Assembly: GCA_963705705.1 (NCBI GenBank)
Contig: CAVPKK010000007.1
Location: 64,001 to 128,000, forward strand
Length of the DNA: 64,000 bases
Source of the DNA: an uncultured bacterium
GTDB taxonomy: Bacteria > Babelota > Babeliae > Babelales > JABCYS01
Direction of reading: 5' to 3'
The translations under genes and the position numbers were made by a program. How positions within the stretch are numbered: the first letter of the stretch is position 1; each line of letters opens with the position of its first letter. Under the pieces are notes generated by a model. That model saw only the letters and a list, made by a program, of their open reading frames with translations. It was not told the origin of the DNA and did not search any database. This document shows positions 58,375 through 64,000 of the stretch, in pieces.

Positions 58375-59640
58375 ATGCAATATCAGATGAATTATGCCTT
58401 AGGAATGCTCATCCTAGCCCTGTCCAGTTCAGCGCAGGGTGGTACCTCCTTCCGCGACTATTACTATGGCAATGAGAGATTGGGTATTCCTTCGCATGAG
58501 AAAAAGATCAATGATGACGTTGCAACAGGCATATTGAATTTAAACAACAAAGATCTTACCGATTTAACTGGATTCGACGAGGTACCTGGCCTAAATACTC
58601 TTCGAAAACTTACTCTTTGGCTTAACCTACTTACCACATTCCCAAATAACATTTTTCGTGGACTAACCAGCCTTGAAACTCTTGACCTCAATACCAACAG
58701 GCTCGCTATTCTTCCAAATAACATCTTCCATGGTCTTAGTGCGCTTCGAACGCTTATTCTTTCCAATAATCAACTCACTGCACTTCCAGAGGATATATTC
58801 CATGGACTCACTATGCTTCAAGAGCTTTATCTCACCAACAACCAAATCGCCACTCTTCCGGTTAACATCTTTCATGGCCTAACTGCGCTTCGATCGCTTT
58901 TTCTCAACGGCAACCGAATTCATGCGCTTCCGGAAAACGTCTTTCATGGACTAACCTCGCTACCCATAATCAATCTTTCATTTAACCAGCTCACGACGCT
59001 CCCGGAAAACATTTTTCATGGTCTAACTGGGCTTCGATATCTTTATCTCTACAATAATCCAATACCTTTAACCCAAGCACAGTTGTATAAGCAATTACAA
59101 TTGCCCGCAAATGCGCATCTTACCTTTAAAGATCCAGCGCAAGAAATCGCTGAGCAAAATCTGTTCGCGGCCATCGCCGATGCTGATACTTCCACAGTGC
59201 GCCACCAGCTGAATACCATCATGACTAAACAAGTTCGTGGTCCAGCGACTAGCGTCATAGACATCTCCAAAATTCGCAATGCCAAAGGCGATAATTTATT
59301 GCACGCCGCTATAAGAGAAGCAGCGGAAAGACTTGGTGTGGTAAAAGGCATGAGTGCTGGGATACCAGAAAATGAAAAGAAAGAAGTAAAAGAACTACAA
59401 GCTGAACAAAAGTCTGAGATAAACAACCGCTACATGAAAATAATAAGTGCCATTCTTTCTTGCGGCGAAATTTGTGTACAAGACATGCTCTTTACCCCAA
59501 ATGCTGAGGGGCAAATGACAATTGACGCAATGGTAGCAAAGCTTGGATTTGATAGCCCAATAATCCAGGCAATACTTTCAGGTTTAAGCGCCGAAGAAAA
59601 GGCTAAAGAAAAGAAGGAGCAGCATGAAGCTCAAAAATAA
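58375..59640 (+). CDS. Secreted LRR protein 1 (6 full 24-aa repeats) with ankyrin-like C-domain
   Basis: Signal, SFRDYYYGN cap, LPENIFHGL repeats, GDNLLHAAI. Confidence 0.92.
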   Translation: MQYQMNYALGMLILALSSSAQGGTSFRDYYYGNERLGIPSHEKKINDDVATGILNLNNKDLTDLTGFDEVPGLNTLRKLTLWLNLLTTFPNNIFRGLTSLETLDLNTNRLAILPNNIFHGLSALRTLILSNNQLTALPEDIFHGLTMLQELYLTNNQIATLPVNIFHGLTALRSLFLNGNRIHALPENVFHGLTSLPIINLSFNQLTTLPENIFHGLTGLRYLYLYNNPIPLTQAQLYKQLQLPANAHLTFKDPAQEIAEQNLFAAIADADTSTVRHQLNTIMTKQVRGPATSVIDISKIRNAKGDNLLHAAIREAAERLGVVKGMSAGIPENEKKEVKELQAEQKSEINNRYMKIISAILSCGEICVQDMLFTPNAEGQMTIDAMVAKLGFDSPIIQAILSGLSAEEKAKEKKEQHEAQK

Positions 59641-60910
59641 TATATTTTTTATATTAATCGCCCTGGCCAGCTCGGCGCACGCTATTTCTTTCCGAGACTA
59701 TTACCATGGCAATGAGGAATTAGGTATCCGCCCGCATGAAAAAGAGGTCAATGCTGCGGTTGCAACAGGTATGTTGAATTTAAACAACATAGGCCTTACT
59801 GATTTAATTGGATTCGACGAGATTCCTAGACTAACTTCACTTAAAAAGCTTTATATCTCCGATAATTTGCTTACCGAACTGCCAGAGAATATTTTTCATG
59901 GATTAAATAGGCTACAAAGACTTGAGCTGGATAATAACCAACTTATCGAATTACCAGAGAATATCTTTCATGATCTGATCCAACTCAATCAGCTTGATCT
60001 TTCTCATAATCAATTCATCACATTTCCAAAAAATATTTTTAAAAGCTTGAAAGCAGTTCTCTGGATTTACCTTAATGATAATGAACTGATAACTTTGCCG
60101 CAAAATATTTTCCACGGCCTTCCATCGCTTCTAGGTGTTCACCTTCAAAATAATCAGATAACTACGCTACCCGAGAACATCTTCCCGTCGCGGCTTGAAA
60201 GAGTATTTCTTTACAACAATCCGCTTCCATTAACGCAGGTAAAAGAAGCGGGCATAGGACCAAACACCGTAGTTGTTTTTAAATCGCCACAAGAGGCACA
60301 AGCGGAGGATCAGCTATTTGCTGCAATCCGAAATGCTCAAAATGCGGAAGTTCGAAAAATAATTGATGCCATCATAGCCGAGAATATCCCTACCCGGGGG
60401 AACTATGCTATTAAAATTTCTAAAATTCGTGATGCGAGCGGCAACAACCTATTGCATGCAGCCATCCAAAGTGCAGCTGCGCGGCTTGGAACGATAGCTG
60501 GCTTAGGCGTCCAGTTATCGGAAGAAGAAAAGAAAGAGGCAAAAGAAGTCCTCGCGGAACAAAGATCAAAGATAAATGATCGCTATATGAAAATAATAGG
60601 CGCCATTCTTTCATGTGGTGATGAATGCGTCCAAGAAATGCTTTTCACCCCCAATCATGACGGACAAATGGTTATTGATGAGATGTTTGCCAAACTTGGC
60701 CCAACCAATCCAATAACCCAAGCAATACTTTCTATTTTAACGCCTGAGGAAGAAGCAGTACATCCGCGGCCTAAGCGGACTCTGGAACAATCAGGTCCAG
60801 AGGAAAAACCCGTCGAGACTATGGCAGATGCTGAAGCAATTGAGAAAGAGCAAGAAGAAGAGATCGAAGGTAGAAAACGACAGAAGCCTAATCAATCAGA
60901 AGAGCAGTAA
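59624..60910 (+). CDS. Secreted LRR protein 2 (5 full repeats)
   Basis: Same architecture; acidic tail ending GRKRQKPNQSEEQ. Confidence 0.92.
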   Translation: MKLKNNIFFILIALASSAHAISFRDYYHGNEELGIRPHEKEVNAAVATGMLNLNNIGLTDLIGFDEIPRLTSLKKLYISDNLLTELPENIFHGLNRLQRLELDNNQLIELPENIFHDLIQLNQLDLSHNQFITFPKNIFKSLKAVLWIYLNDNELITLPQNIFHGLPSLLGVHLQNNQITTLPENIFPSRLERVFLYNNPLPLTQVKEAGIGPNTVVVFKSPQEAQAEDQLFAAIRNAQNAEVRKIIDAIIAENIPTRGNYAIKISKIRDASGNNLLHAAIQSAAARLGTIAGLGVQLSEEEKKEAKEVLAEQRSKINDRYMKIIGAILSCGDECVQEMLFTPNHDGQMVIDEMFAKLGPTNPITQAILSILTPEEEAVHPRPKRTLEQSGPEEKPVETMADAEAIEKEQEEEIEGRKRQKPNQSEEQ

Positions 60911-60929
60911 AAAGAGCGAGAGTAATCCG

Positions 60930-62438
60930 ATGAAGCACATAAATTATATAGCTGGAATATTGATGCTAGCCCTGGCCGATTCGTCGCAGGCTATTTCCTT
61001 CCATGACTATTATCATGGCAATGCGGAATTAGGTATCCCGCCTCATGAGAAAGAGGTCAATGCCGCCGTTGCAACCGGTCATTTGAGATTAAATGATAAA
61101 GGCCTCACTGATCTAATCGGTTTCGATGAGGTTCCTGGTTTGAATACACTTCGAATAGTTGATTTCTCTTATAACCGGCTCACTGAACTCCCCAATAATA
61201 TTTTTCATGGCCTGACTGCGCTTGAAAGGCTTTATCTCAATGCCAATCGGTTTAGCTCACTTCCACAGGATATCTTTCATGGCTTAATTGCACTTCAAGA
61301 ACTTTTTCTTTCCAACAATCGGTTCGCTGCACTCTCAGAAAATATTTTCCATGGTCTAACTGCGCTTCAAGACCTGTATCTCAATGACAATCAGCTTGCC
61401 ACGTTTCCGGTTAACATCTTTCATGGGCTCACGGCGCTTCGATTACTTTATCTCAGTAGCAATCGGATTGATGCACTTCCGGAAAACATCTTTCATGGAC
61501 TAACGGCGCTAACTTCAATTTATCTTTCATTTAACCAACTCATAGTACTTCCAGAAAATATATTCCACGGCTTAGCCGCACTTCAAGATCTACATCTCGG
61601 AGACAATCTGCTCTCCACGCTCCCTGCTAATATATTCAACGGAGCAGATGCCCTTATATTAATCTATCTCGAAAACAATCCAATTCCTTTTACAGAAGCA
61701 CAGTTACGCAAGAAATTGCATTATGCTGGGATGTTACATTTTAAAACTCCAGAGCAAAAACAAGCGGAAAAGAAATTATTTACTGCGATAAGAAACGCCG
61801 ACGCTTCTGTCGCGCGCAAGCAGCTTGATAATATTGAAACTGGAAAGGTCCGCACAGAGCTAGACGAGCAAATAGTCGTCTCGAAAATACTGGATGCCAA
61901 TGGCGATAATTTATTGCATGCGGCTATAAGAGATGCTGCAGAAAGAATTAAGGTTATAGACGGTATGAGTGTTGGCTTACCAGAAGACGAGAAGAAGGTA
62001 GTAAAACAACTACAAACCGAACAGAAAAAAGAGATCAATGATCGCTACATGAAAATCGTAAGCGCCATTCTTTCCTGTGGCGATGAATGCGTACAAAATA
62101 TGCTCTTTACTCGAAATGCTCAGGGGCAAATGGTAGTTGATGCAATGGTAGCCAAACTTGGTTTCGGTAGTCCAATAACTCAAGCAATACTTTCGGTTTT
62201 AACGCCAGAAGAATCCGCCGTCGATCATCCTGAACTTGGCGAAAGTCGGGAAAAGAAAATACGCATGGAAGAAACTGAAGAAATGACGCCTGTCCGACCA
62301 AAGCGGACATTAGAGCAAGTAGCTCCAGAAGAAAAACCCGCCGAGGCCATGGCAGATGTTGAAGCAATTGAAAAAGAACAAGAAGAAGAAACTGAAGGAA
62401 GAAAACGCCAAAAGCCTAATCAATCAGAAGAGCAGTAA
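60930..62438 (+). CDS. Secreted LRR protein 3 (7 full repeats)
   Basis: True start MKHINYIAG at 60930; same architecture and tail. Confidence 0.92.
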   Translation: MKHINYIAGILMLALADSSQAISFHDYYHGNAELGIPPHEKEVNAAVATGHLRLNDKGLTDLIGFDEVPGLNTLRIVDFSYNRLTELPNNIFHGLTALERLYLNANRFSSLPQDIFHGLIALQELFLSNNRFAALSENIFHGLTALQDLYLNDNQLATFPVNIFHGLTALRLLYLSSNRIDALPENIFHGLTALTSIYLSFNQLIVLPENIFHGLAALQDLHLGDNLLSTLPANIFNGADALILIYLENNPIPFTEAQLRKKLHYAGMLHFKTPEQKQAEKKLFTAIRNADASVARKQLDNIETGKVRTELDEQIVVSKILDANGDNLLHAAIRDAAERIKVIDGMSVGLPEDEKKVVKQLQTEQKKEINDRYMKIVSAILSCGDECVQNMLFTRNAQGQMVVDAMVAKLGFGSPITQAILSVLTPEESAVDHPELGESREKKIRMEETEEMTPVRPKRTLEQVAPEEKPAEAMADVEAIEKEQEEETEGRKRQKPNQSEEQ

Positions 62439-62453
62439 AAAGGCGGGAGGAAT

Positions 62454-64000
62454 ATGATGAAGCGCATAAATTATATAGCAGTAATTTTCATTCTAGCCAT
62501 GGTTGGATCAGCGCAGGCTATTTCCTTCCATGACTATTACCACGGCAATGCGGAATTAGGAATTCCGCCGCATGAGAAAGAGATCAATGCCGCCATTGCA
62601 ACCCGTCATTTGAGATTAATTTCCAAAGGCCTCACTGATCTAATTGGTTTCAATGAAGTGCCTGGTGTGGCTGCACTTCGAGAAGTTGATTTCACTGATA
62701 ACCTGCTCACCGAACTTCCTAATAATATTTTTCATAATCTTCCTGCGCTTGTAATTCTTAATCTCAATGGTAACGAACTTAACTCACTGCCACGGAATAT
62801 TTTTCATGGTTTAACTAAGCTTGAATACCTTTATCTTCAGAGTAACAAGCTCACGGCTCTGCCAGAAAATATCTTTCATGGGCTAACTGCTCTGCTAGAT
62901 TTACATCTTGCAAGTAATCAGCTCACTACGCTCCCAACTAATATTTTCAGCGGCTTAACTGCTCTTGAAATGCTGGATCTTGGAAGAAACCCGCTCACAG
63001 AACTACCGGAAAATATCTTTCATAATTTAAAACGGCTTCAAATACTTTTATTAAATGATAATCAGCTCGCCACCCTTCCAGAGAATATTTTCCAGGGATT
63101 AACTGCACTTAGAGATCTTTATCTCTATGATAACGAACTTACTACACTTGCCGATAACATTTTTCACGGTCTAACTGCGCTTCAATCGCTTAATCTCAAC
63201 AACAACCAATTCACTGCCTTATCGGCTCATATTTTTAATGGACTAACGATCCTTGAAGATCTCCATCTCGAAAATAATCCAATACCTTTAACCCAAGCAC
63301 AATTGCGCAAGGAATTACAATTGCCCGGCAGTGTTGAATTATTGTTTAAAACCCCAGAACAACAACGTGCGGAGCAAGAGTTATTTACTGCTATTGAAAA
63401 TGCCGATGCTTTGGCGGTGCGCCAGCGGCTCGTTGATATTAGAGCCAGGTGGTCTCATACGGAACGCGGTTTTCGCACAATCATCTCCAAAATAAGGGAT
63501 GCTAATGGCGATAATATATTGCATGCGGCTATAAAAGATGCGGCAGAAAGAATTAGGCTTATAAATGGTATGAGTGCTGGATTACCAGAAGGTGAGAAGC
63601 AGCTAGTTAAACAAGTACAAGAGGAACAAAAAAGAGAGATTAATGACCGCTATATGAAAGTAATACGTGCCATTTTTTCTTGCGGCGAACTTTGCGTACA
63701 AGACATGCTCTTTACTCCCAATGCTGAAGGCCAACTGGTTATTGATTCAATGGTAGCCAAACTTGGTTTCGATAGCCCAATAACCCAGGCAATATTTTCT
63801 GTTTTAAACCCAGAAGAGGAAAAGAAAATACGCATGGAAGAAGCTGAAGCGTTAACACATGCCCGGCCAAAGCGAACGCTCGAGCAACCAGCACCAGAGA
63901 CGGAAAAACCGAAAGAATCCATGGCAGATGTTGCGGCAGTAGAAAAAGAACAAGAAGAAGAAGCTGAAGGTAGAAAACGACAAAGGCATAATGAGCCAGG
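62454..64000 (+). CDS. Secreted LRR protein 4 (8 full repeats), runs off the window end
   Basis: GGGAGG RBS; manual translation MMKRINYIAVIFILAMVGSAQAISFHDYYHGN...; no stop found before 64000. Confidence 0.9.
   Translation, partial: MMKRINYIAVIFILAMVGSAQAISFHDYYHGNAELGIPPHEKEINAAIATRHLRLISKGLTDLIGFNEVPGVAALREVDFTDNLLTELPNNIFHNLPALVILNLNGNELNSLPRNIFHGLTKLEYLYLQSNKLTALPENIFHGLTALLDLHLASNQLTTLPTNIFSGLTALEMLDLGRNPLTELPENIFHNLKRLQILLLNDNQLATLPENIFQGLTALRDLYLYDNELTTLADNIFHGLTALQSLNLNNNQFTALSAHIFNGLTILEDLHLENNPIPLTQAQLRKELQLPGSVELLFKTPEQQRAEQELFTAIENADALAVRQRLVDIRARWSHTERGFRTIISKIRDANGDNILHAAIKDAAERIRLINGMSAGLPEGEKQLVKQVQEEQKREINDRYMKVIRAIFSCGELCVQDMLFTPNAEGQLVIDSMVAKLGFDSPITQAIFSVLNPEEEKKIRMEEAEALTHARPKRTLEQPAPETEKPKESMADVAAVEKEQEEEAEGRKRQRHNEP

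Noticed and set aside
60828..60929. Basic N-terminal extension of LRR protein 3
   Set aside because: Out-of-frame overlap with the LRR 2 tail; paralogs place the start at 60930

Overview
Bacterial chromosomal window. Housekeeping genes include dnaK, nupC, prfA, rpmE, tRNA-Asp/Asn/Val, sppA, mreC, a Mg2+-type P-ATPase, Ku/ligase, ychF, rnpA, yidD, PhoH-like, thrS, nth, a Xer recombinase and mrdA. They are interleaved with an unusually large number of orphan genes carrying Sec-type signal peptides. This content suggests an intracellular parasite of eukaryotes such as Dependentiae/Babelota (inference, not tested). The most striking structure is a ~13.4 kb array (24.4-37.8 kb) of 12 paralogous secreted, low-complexity proteins. 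They share only an N-terminal cassette (signal, (M/L)GE, charged patch, then NP(Y/F)..(V/I)x(F/Y)HR) and carry eukaryote-like short linear motifs (14-3-3-like RSx(S/T)xP, PP1-like GILK/RVxF, SH3-like PxxP). The array surrounds a 957-aa glycine-zipper protein and ends at a tRNA cluster. A second array of four secreted LRR proteins with variable repeat number starts at 58.4 kb and runs off the window. Also seen: a dispersed ~35 bp palindromic repeat that nests in itself and sits in frame inside genes, a duplicated dnaK 3' end reused antisense as coding sequence, a recurring TTG-N18-TANNNT promoter, a signal-peptide-bearing thioredoxin reductase homolog and a frameshifted jacalin gene. No CRISPR array, rRNA or transposase was seen.
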